A DNA stretch of 64,000 nt from Hydrurus foetidus (Eukaryota): positions 1 to 64,000 of the forward strand of contig UYFQ01000574.1 in assembly GCA_900617105.1 (NCBI GenBank). Reading direction: 5' to 3'. The notes beneath the pieces were generated by a model. It saw only the letters and a list, made by a program, of their open reading frames with translations. It was not told where the DNA came from and ran no database searches. How positions within the stretch are numbered: position 1 is the stretch's first letter; every line of letters starts with the position of its first letter. The position numbers and the translations under genes were made by a program. This document shows, piece by piece, positions 1 through 13,000 of the stretch.

Positions 1-83
1 TGACTAAAAACCATAAAAATCCCTTAGAAAAGGGCAAAAATTAGGCTAAAAATCTTCAAAAGATAATACGTTCGAACTCAAAC

Positions 84-2787
84 CTAATCGGTTGATCCCT
101 CAAGATTCTTGGGAATAAAACGTGACATGTTATTATTCCGCAAGTATACATGGAGTGCTTCACAGAGCCGGAGATTCTTCCAAGGCTCCCATGTATTATG
201 TGAGTTATCATAGTTGAGCCATTTAACATGGAACGACATCGTAGTCGGTTTCTTTGAATCACCAGTGTGACTAAGAACTTTCTCAACGAAATACTCCATG
301 TAATCGCGACGTGCTGTATCAGCAGGTATGCCCATTGATGGGTCATAATTGAAAATCTTAAGATTCTTCACATGTACACTATTGTGCTTATGTGTAATTA
401 AGTTCGCGAGAACATACTCGGATCCCTCAAGGGAGACAACACGGAAAGGACCTTTCCACTTTGTGTGTAATCGAGTAGGAGGGTGTTCCTGTTTTACAAG
501 AACATATGACCCTATAGGGAACACTGTCACACCTTGTGTGGACTTTTTGTGTTTGTCATCACATTTCTGAAGAGAACCGATTGCTGCATCGAGGACCTTG
601 TCCTGTATGTCGATGAGATCTGTGATGTAGTTGAATTCGAAGATGTCAACGTTGGTAATAGATGGGTGTCAAAATACCCCGATTCAAATCAAGTTTATTG
701 CCGAATAAAATCGAAGCAGGACTTGCATTTGTTCGTCGATTAACTGAACTGTTAATGATACGTTGAACGAATGGTATGCATTTAGCATAGTGTTCAAGAG
801 ATGGTGTATCAAACACGAGACCGCGTAAGTGTCTATTCACTTCTTTGTTGACCCTTTCTACAATGGCATTCTCTTGTGAGGAGTAAGCCAAAGTGAGATT
901 ATGGGTGTCCCCGTAAGGTCTAAGAACTCTTTAATGAGATCATTAGCGAAGTGGGATCCTCGATCGGATCTAATCATATTTGGCGATCCGAATCGACCAA
1001 AATGAGTCAGTAAGCATTCACATGCAGACTGAGCAGTAGCATCCTTACACCAGAACATTTCTGTCCATCTGGAGAAGGTGTCGATTATGACAAGGATATA
1101 CCCTTTATCAGGGAATGGGCCAATATAATCGATATTTAATGTATCGAAAATAGCATGTGTTGAAGTTGAAAAATGAGCAGCGCTGATTTTTGTATCAACT
1201 GCGCTCAATTTCTGACAGCATGGGCAGTTTCGTATGAACGAGCGTACGTGCTGTTTCATATTTTTCCACACGTGGTTAAGACTAAAGAGTCGAGTGAGGG
1301 TACGGTCGACACCGTTGTGACCAACAATTGCATTGTGGCACATTTGAATGTAAACATTCTGTTCATCTGTCGGTGGTTCAATAACCGTCAAAGCGGAAAC
1401 TGTGTAAGATGACGATGAAGAAGATGATGATGACGTATCACCATCGGACCTTATTGTCTTAGGCAGAGCAATTTCAGTAAGGTTCGGACATAGCCGTGAC
1501 AGAGCATCAGCTAGTTCATTATCTGACCCCTTGACAAAGTGTACGGTGAAATCAAGTTCTTGCATTGCAATGAACCACCGTGTTACCATTGAGGTAGGGT
1601 TTTGTTTCATATAAGTCAAATTCATATGGTCAGTATGAATAGTGAACTTTCGGTCTCGAATGAGATAATCGAGTTGTTGGCAACAGAAAAAGATAGCATA
1701 AGCTTCTTTCTGTATTGTCGACCAATTAATTTGTGTTGCCGATAGAGATTTGCTGATAAAGGCAATTGGTCTCCACACGGTGTCGACAATTTGGAAGAGT
1801 ACACCACCGATACCATAGTCGGATGCATCAGTATATAATCTGATGGGTGAATCATCATTGATGAAGTACATTAAAGGACAACGCGATACCGCGATTTTAG
1901 TCTCATTAAATGCTAAAGTCCCCTCGGGGGTCCAATATATTGGGGAACGTTTAAGTGCCTTTGGGTCCACCATCATTTGAAGTGGTTTGACAATGTCCGA
2001 ATGAAACGGTACAAATTGACGAAAGTAGTTGGCTAAGCCAAGAAATCCACGAAGGGATGTTACTTCTTTAGGAAGTGGGAAGTTGAGTACTGTCTCAATC
2101 TTCTTTAGACATGGATAATCCATCTTTGTCTATGACTCGTCCCACGTATTCGATACGTTTGAGACCGAATCTGCATTTCTTTGCTTTGAGCTTAAGATTC
2201 TTAAGTCGAAATCTTTCAAAACGCTGCGCAGATTCTCGAGAAACTCTGCTTCGCCCCGGCCATATACAATACAGTCATCGAGATACATCTCGCAACAGCT
2301 GTATATGAGACCGTAAAGGACCATTGTCACCATCTGCTCCTGAAAGAAAGAGGGATCGACAAGGGCCAAAAGGCAATCTCGTGAACTGAAACACCCCCAT
2401 GAAACATATAAATGCGGTATAGATTCGGTGGGGTGTGTACAGAGGTGCTTGGTGGTAACCCGCGGTTAAATCCATCACTCCGTAAATATCCGGTTTTTTA
2501 TTACCGATCCTCTCAAAGAGGTGTTTGATATTGAGTAGGGGAAAGGAGGCCGACTCAATGCATTCATTGAGTGCACGATAGTCGATGCAGGTTCGATACG
2601 TATCGGCTGTCTTATTTACCATCACCGGATGATTGTGGTATGCAGCGTTCGACCTCTCGATCACACCATCCTCCAGCATTTCTTCGATTGAAGTGCGGAG
2701 GTAATGTTCCTTTTTAAGAGGATTGGGGTCGCATTGGTGCGTGGTTCGATGGAACCTCCCATTTCTGCCGTGGCAGTTTGAACTCAA
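84..2787 (-). pseudogene. pol: Frameshifted Gypsy pol (RT-RNaseH-integrase-chromodomain)
   Basis: ORFs 2275-2787, 2130-2369, 858-2123, 646-891 and 84-530 are consecutive pol pieces in shifting frames. Chromodomain: YFVEKVLSH...FHVKWLNYDNSHNTWEP. Confidence 0.92.
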
Positions 2788-4939
2788 ACGGCTTGAGGTG
2801 TGCAGCTTGCGGGGCTAGCTAATCACTGAAAATATCTGAGTGATGAGAACAGAGAGTACAGAGTTCATTTTTGAAGGCTTTCATCTCCCTAAAAATGAAT
2901 CTAAGACAAAATCATCCGGCCCATTGGGCGGTACATTTCGGCACGTCTTGTCACGCAAGAAAGGTGCGAAGGTATCAGTGTTGTCATCGTCAATCTCGTC
3001 AACGGAGAGTGCGACACCGCTTGGCCATACGGCTTCCACGTCATAGTCTGATGTAACAGAGTCCCCAGAGGTATGTGTGAGGGTGGGAATCGAGTCACCA
3101 CCTAGGTGCGGGGTATCACCCGTACGTTTTGCGAGTCTAGTCGTGACACTAGCCAGTCGCTCACAACCCACATCACCACATGGACTTTGGGTCGCGACTC
3201 CCTCGGAACCAACCTGGGTAACGCTACACGTGAACGTTGTATGACAACCTGACCTCACGACTTCCTTGGTTAAAGGTGCGTGCAAAATGGCCTTCTTAGG
3301 TTTTGGCTTTGGGCATAAACCGTATGGCTCTCTTTAACGAGCGAGTTCAGTCTGTGTGATACAGTTCAACAAATCATAGGTTGGGGTTATCGACTATAAC
3401 TCAGGTTCCTCGGGTTCGAAACCCTCGGATATCATACGCCTGGTGTATTTGCTCCAATGAAGTGGGTCAAACTTGGCTATCGTTTCCCTTTCTTCAAAAC
3501 TCGCGCCAACGAGTGTCACATTTCCTTTTGTACTCAGCACGGAGCTCGTGAGAGATTCCAAAAGCAAAAAGTGTCAATGACATAAAATCATAATTATTTA
3601 CAGTTATACGACTTAAGAAAAGTTCGATATCCGTGTTCCTAGTAACTCGCAAGGTTAACGGGATAGTATGACATTCACTCTCATAAGAATGAAGTTTGGC
3701 CTTGGCCAAATTTAGGGATATGTTGAAGTCAAAGGCAGGATCGAACGAACGAGAGCCTGATGTATATATATGAACAAATATATGTATGCATATGTATCAT
3801 TTTCTTAGAATATCACATTGGTTTGTTCGAGAGTCGAGACAATCAACGGTGGAAGGCAATAGATATGGCGTACTAGAGCCTATATTTCTTCTTGAATATT
3901 GCATAGCAATTTTCTAGCATGAAGCTGCGTAAGATTCCTAGGATCGAACTTTTTTTTTTTTTAAATTTGTATTTTTGAATCATATAAACAGGATCGAACG
4001 TACGAGAGCCCATGAATTCAATGTATTCCCGCGGAATAATGTTTTGTTTCGCTTCAGCCCTAAGCTTTAAGAAACACTAAAACGAAGGTTGTGAGGCAAA
4101 GCCTTTTCCCCTTTTGAATATTGCCTAGCAATTTGTTCCCAGCAGTATCCTCTGAGAAATATCTTTTCCATTTTTTTTTTTTCATTAAAAAAATGTTTGT
4201 GTGCAATCGTCAACTCTGACGTTGATTTGTTTAAATTACAATCTGAAGAAGAATCTTAAAATCTGCAAAATAACATCTTATTTTGCAAATATACTAAACG
4301 ATGACCCACCCCTATCGGGAGTCGAACCCCGAATATTCTGTGGGTGTAGAATCTGTTAAGATATTATTTTTATTCATCAAGATATCACTAACGCGCGCGA
4401 TTCAAGTGTTCTGAATGGGCGATTCATGTTACCATGACTAGGGTGCATCTAGCGAGAGGTTTTGACCTTATTTAGGTGAAAAACTGATGAAAATCAGTCG
4501 CAAACTATGATGTCGCGCTGAGTCCATAACTCTGCATGATGATATCGCTTTAATCGAGTAATCGTTGCAAACGATTCTCTAGGATATGAGAGACAATTAT
4601 GCAGAGGGGCGATCGTGTCCGCCTCCGAATTCTCTGTGTATCTTCTGTCAAAAGACATGCAGAAATCACCTGCTGACACAATGATATATCTCCTCGGAGA
4701 AATATGATTGTAACTCATCGAAGACAGAAGCCCCTCGTCAAAAAAATTTGCGAGGGCTTCGCCTCGTTGGTTAAAAGGGTCCTTTACGTTAGGAACAACG
4801 AATAAGTTGGTTTCAACCAACTCTTGTTGAGAAAATCTCTTAGGCGTGGAAGCCAAATTTTGAGTGGTGAAAAATTTTGGTGTCCGTAAAGGATGAAGGA
4901 AGTAATTCCCACCGACCAAAAGAAGTCCTTAGACTAATT

Positions 4940-5459
4940 TGGTGTCGCTAGCAATGAATCTAATGTTCAAATTGCAAACCGACGAGTTTGAAAGTGTCGA
5001 GTGGTGAAGGCTTTCGCGAATTCAACCAACTACGAACTTTGGAGACACCAATAATGGGTTCCAAGAGGAAAGAGGCTAAGCCCAACTTTCGCTAACTTAA
5101 ACTAAGTTCTTGGAGCGTAGCTCAGCAAGAATTTCGACTCCGAAGATGTCGTGAGTAATAATACTCAGGTGTTGGAAGTCTTAGCTAAAGTTTGGACAAG
5201 GTAGAGGGGAATTAGGGGCAGCAGAAATTTTCCCGAGGATAATAGATCTATTGTGGTCGGGCAAATGGAGAAAGGGGGCGAGAGGAGGTAGGCTTAGTTA
5301 CAGGGTGTCTAGGCTAGAAGCTAGTTAACTTCTAAGTGGACGCTGTAGATGGCTACGACGATACGACAGCCTAACTGTAGTGTACAGTAGTAGTACCCGG
5401 TAGGATCCGGTAGAGTCGGTACCCGGTAGGATCGGGACCCTGGACCCGGTACTATCACA
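4940..5459 (-). repeat. 5' LTR of Gypsy copy 1 (inner boundary uncertain)
   Basis: The reverse complement of about 5270-5459 aligns with 6659-6848, which follows a PPT. The inner end is placed tentatively at ...GACACCA (4940). Confidence 0.6.
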
Positions 5460-6848
5460 CGGGTACGCCCCATAACCTCACTCTAGCTTACTCCTCTCAA
5501 GAGAATGCGATTGTTGAACGAGTCAATAAAGAGACAAATAGACATCTGAAAGGACTGGTGTTCGATACACCGTCTCTTGTCCATTATGCAAAATGCATTC
5601 CGTTGGTACAACGAATTATAAATAGTTCGGTTAATAAACGTACGGGTGCAAGTCCAGCATCTATCCTATTCGCGGATAAACTTGATTTGAATCGAGGAAT
5701 TTAACACCTCATTTGTTACCGATGGTATCATCATCAAATTCAACATATATTGCTGATTTAATCGAGATACAGGACAAAGTCCTCGATGCAGCAATCGGCT
5801 CACTTCAGAAATGTGATGAAAAACACAAAAAGTCGACATCCGGTTTGACAGTGTTCCCTATAGGGTCGTATGTCTTGGTAAAACAAGAACACCCTCCAAC
5901 TCGATTACACACTAAATGGAAAGGCCCTTTCCGTGTTGTATCCTTTGAAGGATCCGAGTATGTTCTCGCGAACTTAATTACACATAAACACAATAGTGTA
6001 CATGTAACGAATCTTAAAATATTCAATTATGACCCTTCGATGGGCTTACCTGCTGATACAGCACGTCGCGATTACATGGAGTATTTCGTTGAGAAAGTTC
6101 TTAATCACTCGGGTGATACAAAGAAACCGACTACGATGTCGTTCCATGTGAAATGGCTCAACTATGATGACTCACATAATACATGGGAGCCTTGGAAGAA
6201 TCTCCGGCTCTGTGATGCACTCCATGTATACCTGAGGAACAATAACATGTCGCGTTTTGTTCCCAGGAATATTGAGGGATCAACCACCGAGGTTTGAGCT
6301 CAAACGTAATATCTTTTGAAGATTTTTTGGCCTAATTTTTGCCCTCACGAGGGATTTTTATGGTTTTTTAGTCAGTAAAAATCTGACATAATTACGTTTG
6401 ACCCTCGTACAACAGAACGATTCTGTTTTGTACATACTCCCTTATCCTTAACTTTCTCACCATTTCCGAAACCCCTTTGTAATTTCGTTTGTATATAATT
6501 TCGCATTTTTTCTAAAAAATATTGTATATATTTTTTGGTTATCGTTTTCCGTTATCATTTATGTCAAATATTGTTATTTTCAAACATAGAAACGGGGGTT
6601 TCGCCATAGTTTAGTGTAGTTTAGATTTTCTTTGAGAAAGAAGGATAAGTGGGGGTAGTGTGGTAGTTCCGGGTCCAAGGTCCCGATCCTACCGGATAGT
6701 ACTACGGTACACTACCCACCGTACACTACAGTCTGTTGTATCATCGTAGCCACTTACAGCCTCCACGTCGAAGTTCACCCTAGCTTCTAGCCTTTTAGCT
6801 GTAACTAACTACCGCCTCTAGACATCCTCCTCTTCTCTTCCCATCCGA
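5460..6848 (+). mobile_element. Gypsy chromovirus copy 2: 3' part (integrase C-terminus, chromodomain, PPT, truncated 3' LTR)
   Basis: Begins mid-integrase (GTPHNLTLAYSSQENAIVERVNKE). ORF 5713-6297 is nearly identical to 84-530. PPT GAGAAAGAAGGATAAGTGGGGGTAG ends at 6658 and is followed by LTR TGTGGTAG at 6659. Confidence 0.92.
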
Positions 6849-8730
6849 GTCATAGTTGTAGGTTTTGGAAATTTATAAGGAGGAGGTTGGTGGTAGAGAG
6901 GGCAGCGTCAGTTAATGTTGGCCCAGATGTAGAGCATTTGATAATGATATGTGTTAGTGAGCGAAGGGGGTCTGGTTGGTAGGTAGCGCCGCACCGTTGC
7001 ATGTATCCCAAACTGAAAAGATTGGCAGGGATGTTTGCGGAGTAATAGACATGGTTCATGTTGGCGGTGATGGGTAGGTGTTTGAGGAATCCTTCGTGTG
7101 TGATGACACAGTGACCACCAACACCAGACAGTGAGAAGGGCTTCCGAAGAGGTGTGAGATTGTATAAGAGAGTAATGTTGTTGACGGTGTGGAATGAGCA
7201 CGCGTTGTCCCAGTATGATGGTTTATGGGGGTGTGGAGAGGGCACGTGTGTTGGTTGAGTTGACGGCCGTTGTAGTGTGACAGGAGCAAGAAGACCTGTT
7301 GCGTCGGCCATTGCGGTGGGTCAGAGTAGCGTATCCGGGAAATCGGCAGCTGCAATGGCGGCTTCGGCAATGAGCATCATTGCATTGTTGGTGTCGTTGG
7401 GCGATTCAGTTGACTCCAGTTGGCTGAGTAGTGCTCGAAGGTGCGATGTTGTAGAAGGTGCTTTGTTGTTGTTAAGGGATGGAGTGGTGGTGCGATTTGG
7501 ATTTTTGGAACAGTTACTTGCTAGATGACCGAAACGCTGAACTTTATCGGCGGCTAGGCACCAAGAGCAAGGCAGTGGGTGGAGGTGTGGCGTTTTGGGG
7601 GATCCGGATGTTGTCTTTTTGTTTGATTTGTCGGATGTTGGCGTCTGTTTGAGATGTTGTGGTGGTGTGTTTGCTATTAAGGCAGATCCTTGCGTTGATA
7701 TGGCATCGTGAGGGATTGATAGTGCATGAGCTATTTTCCAATTTTGAAGTTCTGTCATTAAGAGACTTGTATTTGGGAATCGTCCTGATGATGTTGCGTG
7801 GAGTAAGTCATCGAGTGGTCGGCGAAAGTGAGTGCTGAGGCCTTGTAGGTATATGGCACTGGTGAATTTGCTAATGGAGACGTAGCCGGGGTGTTCAGCA
7901 AATTTGAAGTCTAGTCGGAATATGTCTGCTTGGTTTGTGATCTGCTCCATGTACGATTCATGCGACATGCTGTCTTGGGTTGCCGTAAGGAATCGTCGAG
8001 TGCGGTGTTTTGTAGAAGCATTGCCCGTGGAATGATTATCTCTAACCATCTTGTAATACTCGAAGCTACGAGCTCCAATTGGTAATAGTTGGTATGCGGC
8101 GAAGTTGGCGTGGGCGCGGATGGATGTATGTGATGCGAGGGATATATGACTGCAGATGTAGTCGAGTAGGGCTGTGTCGAAGTCTGAAAACTTATTGGCT
8201 GCGTCGTGATAAATTTTGAGGTCAGCTCTGAGTTCAGTGCTTCCTCGGTCGCTGAGAGGTAGGGGGGATGGGTTAAAATTTTCGGTGGCGACTTCGGCAG
8301 CTGTGAGTTGCCTTCGAGGATACACGAATTGATTTGGTAGTGGAATGCCGGCTGCGTTCTTTTCCAAGTCGAATTTTGTTTGTGGTAGCGGGAAGGGAGT
8401 GAGAGGGATGATCTTGTCGGTAATGATTTGTTGTCCAGCTGCACCAAATTTGGTAGTGCATTGGAGTTTAAATGCCTGGAGAAAGGCTGTCAAATTGTCC
8501 TGAAGGAGGTCGAGGACAATGGCAGGTAATGCGGTTGCTAACGGAGTGTGGCTATTAAGCATACTTTATAACCAAATGTCGGAATTGGCTGTGAAAGCGA
8601 AGAGCTTAACGGATGAAACAGATTTGGTTATAAGCTTACTGCTTACTGAAGCTAATGATATGTGGATTGTGATCGAGAGACGATGTTGTGGTGTATGTGA
8701 CATGTGCGTATTGGACGACAGTTTAATGAC
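6849..8730 (-). mobile_element. Truncated Ty1/Copia element (copy B), a divergent relative of the 24458-30106 element
   Basis: gag ORF 7321-8562 and protease ORF 6850-7311 (SYWDNACSFH) are homologous to 28561-29800 and the region downstream of it. LTR edge TGTCGG at 8577; outer LTR boundary approximate. Confidence 0.85.
7321..8562 (-). CDS. gag: Copia Gag with zinc knuckle (CSWC...GHLASNC)
   Basis: 413-aa ORF homologous to the gag of copy A. It ends in TGA, followed in frame by the protease. Confidence 0.8.
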   Translation of the reverse strand: MLNSHTPLATALPAIVLDLLQDNLTAFLQAFKLQCTTKFGAAGQQIITDKIIPLTPFPLPQTKFDLEKNAAGIPLPNQFVYPRRQLTAAEVATENFNPSPLPLSDRGSTELRADLKIYHDAANKFSDFDTALLDYICSHISLASHTSIRAHANFAAYQLLPIGARSFEYYKMVRDNHSTGNASTKHRTRRFLTATQDSMSHESYMEQITNQADIFRLDFKFAEHPGYVSISKFTSAIYLQGLSTHFRRPLDDLLHATSSGRFPNTSLLMTELQNWKIAHALSIPHDAISTQGSALIANTPPQHLKQTPTSDKSNKKTTSGSPKTPHLHPLPCSWCLAADKVQRFGHLASNCSKNPNRTTTPSLNNNKAPSTTSHLRALLSQLESTESPNDTNNAMMLIAEAAIAAADFPDTLL

Positions 8731-10310
8731 TTTCAAGGCATGAAAAGTTAGTGTAACGGTGTAGCGTATTAACGGTAGAATATACGAACAGTCTTTGATG
8801 AGGCCATGATTGATAAGTCGCTGAATCTTGCATCATGCTCCAGCTTTTCTTGTAGATGATAAAGCTTTTGATCATAAGTGACGGGCACGCCACTTGCGAC
8901 TTTGAGGACCCTGAAGGCCTCTTCGATGGTTGCCACATTCTCCTGAATGGTTTGTGTGGACTTGAGCTTCAGGGAGTGGAGCTGATCCGTTGCCTTCCTG
9001 ATGTCGCTGTTCTTTGTGCCGTTGATGTGATCGTAGATAGTCTTGAACCATAAGACCGCATCGTTGTCGGCAATTACACGCTTGATCAAATAATCTAAAT
9101 CTTTCCCAGTAACCATGTTGAGAATAACCAATAAGCGATCCAAATCGTATAATCGTTTGTAGATGTCATCAGCTGGGATGACATCATACGATCCCTCTTC
9201 TGCTAATACCAGTGACCTAGGTGAATACCCTCCAGGGTTCCGAGCAGTAATGACTGGTAACTCACGATCTCCTTTGGCTAATGTAAGAAGTTTACATTCA
9301 CCTAGAGCGACCATGAACGTTTCCATGTTGTCGCGGTTGTCCTTCCTAGAGTTGGAAAACTTGGGCATCGAAAAGAAGAATTTCGGTTGCGCAGAGGTGG
9401 TATCCAAATATTCCGAAATGGGCACCGATAGAGTAGAAGATTCCTTGGGCGTTGAAGCACTTGGAATAGAGGCAGATCCAACTTTTGATTTCGGTTGGGA
9501 GACCAACCGTGGAGGCTGTTGGATCTTAGAAGACATAATGTCGATGAGCCTTGCCATATCGGCGAAGGAAAATCTTGTCTCTGCATCCTGAGCCTCCAAA
9601 TTGTCCGAAAATAAAGTTGGCGCTGTGGCTCCGAGATTCCGCGCCCGAGGTGCTAGAGGTGGTGTCGGAACAGCATCCTGATTTTGAAGGGCTAATTCCA
9701 CCTCGTCTAGAAAATCACTATTTGGATTTTCTAAAGGAAGAATTGCTCCTGTCCTAGATCTTGTAACTCGACCAGTGAAGATGGGTTGAGCTGCTTCGAT
9801 CAGAGTTCTGAACGGATGTGTAAGAAGGTCGGCAAGAGCCGGCGGTGAGTCTGTGTTGAACAGCTCGAACTCGTCTTCAGATCCATTATCACTCATGATT
9901 GCAGGGTTCTGAAAGTTGAAGAAGGAAATTCAGAATCCTGGAATCTACGGCAATCGTTTAATCACTATAAACAATCGCTACCATGTAAGACTAAATACAA
10001 GATGTCACCTTCTAGCGTTCGCAGCGAAGGTGGAGAAGCAGCTGCAGGCTACTTTCTCAATTCAGTGAGCTATCGAGTAGACGAAGCTGTGAAGTACAAC
10101 GTATTAAATTCTGATTAGAGTTTACAGATAGCCACGCAAAAGAGCTATCAGAACAATTCATGACAGTGAAACTACCTTGAGACAAAGTTCACAGCGAGAT
10201 GTATTGTTCATAGCATGTGCTTGAGGAACGTTGCATGAATGCTTATAGTAACGAAGTGTTTTGGCGATACTGAATAATCATGAAAAGCGAACGTTCATTT
10301 GCGTGAGGTC
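8731..10310 (-). mobile_element. 5' remnant of a second Copia-like element (LTR, PBS, gag-like ORF 8769-9896)
   Basis: On the minus strand, ...TTACA is followed by TGGTAGCGA (PBS-like, 9975-9983, resembling the iMet-type TGGTAGCG). The 375-aa ORF has a UBN2/gag-like helical C-terminus. Outer LTR edge approximate. Confidence 0.6.
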
Positions 10311-10319
10311 AGAGGGTTC

Positions 10320-10830
10320 GTACTAACTGATACATGGCGATAGTACAGGGGTACGTATGCATGTATATGTATATGAACGTACATGCGTGAGTACTAACTG
10401 CTATATGGCGATATTATAGGAGTACGTATGCATGTGTATGTGTAAGAACGTACATGCGTAAGTACAGTGGTACTTACGTATGTACGCCTATACATCTATG
10501 TACTACGCTATTGGCGATCGTACATACGTACATATTATATATGTACATACATGTGTAAGTATATGTGTGTACGTATGCATATAATAATTTGTACTAACAT
10601 GTGCACGTACGTATGTATGTGTGTGCGTGACCATACAAGTGTACGCTATGCTACATGCGTGCGTACGTACGTACGTACATATTGACTATGTACGTACATG
10701 TGTAAGTACATATGTGTACGTATGCGTAAATGACTATGCACTAACATGTGTAAGTACGTGTGTACGTGTGCATGTTATCATATCTGCATGTGTACTTACG
10801 TACGTACGTGCCGCATAACGTACATGTATA
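10320..10830. repeat. Low-complexity (TACG/TATG)n region with short tandem duplications
   Basis: Dense tacgta/tatgta units; about 10320-10395 is repeated at 10391-10465. Confidence 0.8.
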
Positions 10831-10864
10831 TATTTGTAACTATATTTGCAACTATATTACTACA

Positions 10865-11459
10865 GACATATCTTGATAGAATCAAGTGGTCTGACAGAGT
10901 TGGTCAAACAGGGCGACAGCATACGTGACTTCGTTGTTTATGGTGGAGACTTCTTCGTCAAATATCTTAAGTGGGTCGTCTCGACATACCAACCAATTAA
11001 CACGTGTGAGAGTAAATCTTTTCGGGACATGTGCTTCTGCCTCAACAACAAAGTGAAACAGCCGTCGCAAAAATCAGTGAGATTGCATCACGAGTCAAAG
11101 CAACTTTGGAAGTTGAGATGGAAGACCAACACTTTGCACTTACCTGCGATCACTGGACGTCAATTGCAGGGACATTCAATCTAGTCGTGACGATTCACTA
11201 CATAGATGACGACTGGAATTTAGTGTCCTTCACGCTGAGTTGCAATGAAGATACTGGGAGCTCTAAGGCAGATGATATTTTACGTGTTCTCCGAGAAGCT
11301 TGGGTAGCGTACAATCTGGATACAAAGAATCTCGTTGGTGTTGTGACTGATACTGCACCTGTAATGGGAGCCTTTGAGCGAAAGTTACCTGACGGTGTTC
11401 CTCATTTGTACTGCGTTGATCACGTACTCACCGTTAACAACGGTGAGTCAGTCGAATAG
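10865..11459 (+). pseudogene. hAT transposase fragment
   Basis: Motifs LTCDHWTS, VVTIHYIDDDW, VVTDTAPVM and CVDHVL (CxxH); frameshift near 11070-11090. Confidence 0.85.
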
Positions 11460-11569
11460 TATTTTTAGACTCTTCGTTCAATTCTTAATGAGATACTCAT
11501 CTTTTAATGAGATATTCTGATGGTGATATTTCGAGTGCTGGCCGACGCTGCTGGCCGCCTCCTAAGACG

Positions 11570-11640
11570 TCTTGATGGCCGACTTTGGATGGCCGACTTT
11601 GGATGGCCGACTTTGGATGGCCGCCTTAGGATGGCCGGCC
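11570..11640 (+). repeat. 15-bp tandem repeat (TGGATGGCCGACTT core)
   Basis: Three to four copies, with further GGCCGAC units on both sides. Confidence 0.75.
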
Positions 11641-11719
11641 AGCCGATGACTCCATTGGCCGACCAGCAGGCCGGAATCAAATATAGAGTCGGCCACCAGC
11701 CCTAAAAATTACCATATCC

Positions 11720-13000
11720 CATTGATGGACCAAATCTTTCTATACAAGACTGTCCTACTGTAGAGCAAAAAGCAGAATGTTCCAAGTACCCATTCCGAAA
11801 AGTTGTTGGTCAATTAATGTACGGTATGGTACATACTATGGTAACAATTATGTACGCACTCAATGTTTTATCAAGATCTTGAATCAATCCAGGTCCAAGA
11901 CACGTTGTCTTTCTCAAACACCCACTACGTTATGTGAAACATTCCAAAGATGATCGACTCAAATTCAGCACTCACAACAGACCCACAGACATAAACACCA
12001 TGACAGAGTTTATGCAGCTATCGTTCGAGTGCGATGCAGATCTTGGAGGAAATCTCGATAATGGCCATTCACAAACAAGTTACTTAGGATATTTAGCCGG
12101 ATCACTTATATGTTGGTGTAGTACAGACCAAAGAAGCGTATCAACTTCGACTGCTGAATCAGAAATCAAGGCAGTTAATCACACACTAAAATGCGAAGTA
12201 ATCGCCAACCGTGGAATACTTAACCAAATGGGTTGGAACCAAAATTCAAGTGTAATTGAAGAAGACAACAGTGCATGTGTCACTTCCTTAAAAGTCGCTC
12301 ACATAACACGCAGTCTAAGGCATCTGAATTTAGCTCGATTTTGGATCAAGGAGTAAGTTGCTGGTGGAACTAGTACTATTATTAAGGTAGCTTCAAAGGA
12401 CAATAATGCTGAAATAGGTACAAAGCGTTTACTTTTACCACTATTCAATGCAGTGTCTTATAAGTTAATTGATAAAACACTTAATTATATTAATACATAA
12501 TTAATTAATATATCAAATATGATAATGCATATTAATAATAACATGATGGCATTTGAAAATGTGCGCATAGAAAAATACTAGAGTCAAATGATTTTTGTTA
12601 TAAAAATTATTAAACATCAAAAATATTTATTCACCATCTAATTTATTATTTAGCATCTAATTCATGGACATGTCAAAACTATCGCATTTAATCCTATTTT
12701 CCGAATGTTTACTGTAGCATATACTATATCCTTACTATGGGGAGTGCTGTAGTCGCGGCCGGATTCGAGTACGAAGAATCCGGGTAAAGACGGTATGCTG
12801 AGTAAACTGTTAGGTTAGTTACAGTTTGTGAAAGAAGCGAGCAAACAAATAACGACAAACACAAACGATAGGCTGCAAGGGTGCTGATGCTGATGAGCGT
12901 CCGTTACCGGTGGACAGGTGATGTGGATGAAAATAGACTATGGGTACGTGAATTATATACAAATGTGTATGAAGTGTACGGCGAACGTACGCGCTAGGCT
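11720..13000 (+). mobile_element. Copia 3' remnant: RT C-terminus/RNase H, short PPT and start of an LTR
   Basis: YPFRKVVGQLMY, CDADLGG, SVSTSTAESE and EEDNSAC, with stops. GGGGAG is followed by TG at 12745. Right boundary approximate. Confidence 0.8.

Larger units (their letters stand above)
1..5459 (-). mobile_element. Ty3/Gypsy chromovirus LTR retrotransposon (copy 1), degenerate; 3' end lies outside the window
   Basis: RT motifs (CIDYRALN, MDLTAGYHQ, YLDD), RNase H (YTDASDYGIG), integrase (HHCC, IDYIGP, SDRGSHF), GPY/F and chromodomain, in Gypsy order. The 5' LTR starts TGTGATAGT at 5459 (-) and matches the LTR start at 6659 (+). Confidence 0.93.

Noticed and set aside
646..2370. Programmed frameshifts in Gypsy pol
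   Set aside because: Multiple scattered indels fit decay or read errors.
4935..5055. Self-priming inverted repeat in the Gypsy LTR
   Set aside because: Only 8 bp, and the LTR inner boundary cannot be fixed from this window.
10467..10928. Tyr/Cys/Val-rich ORFs
   Set aside because: Low-complexity DNA.
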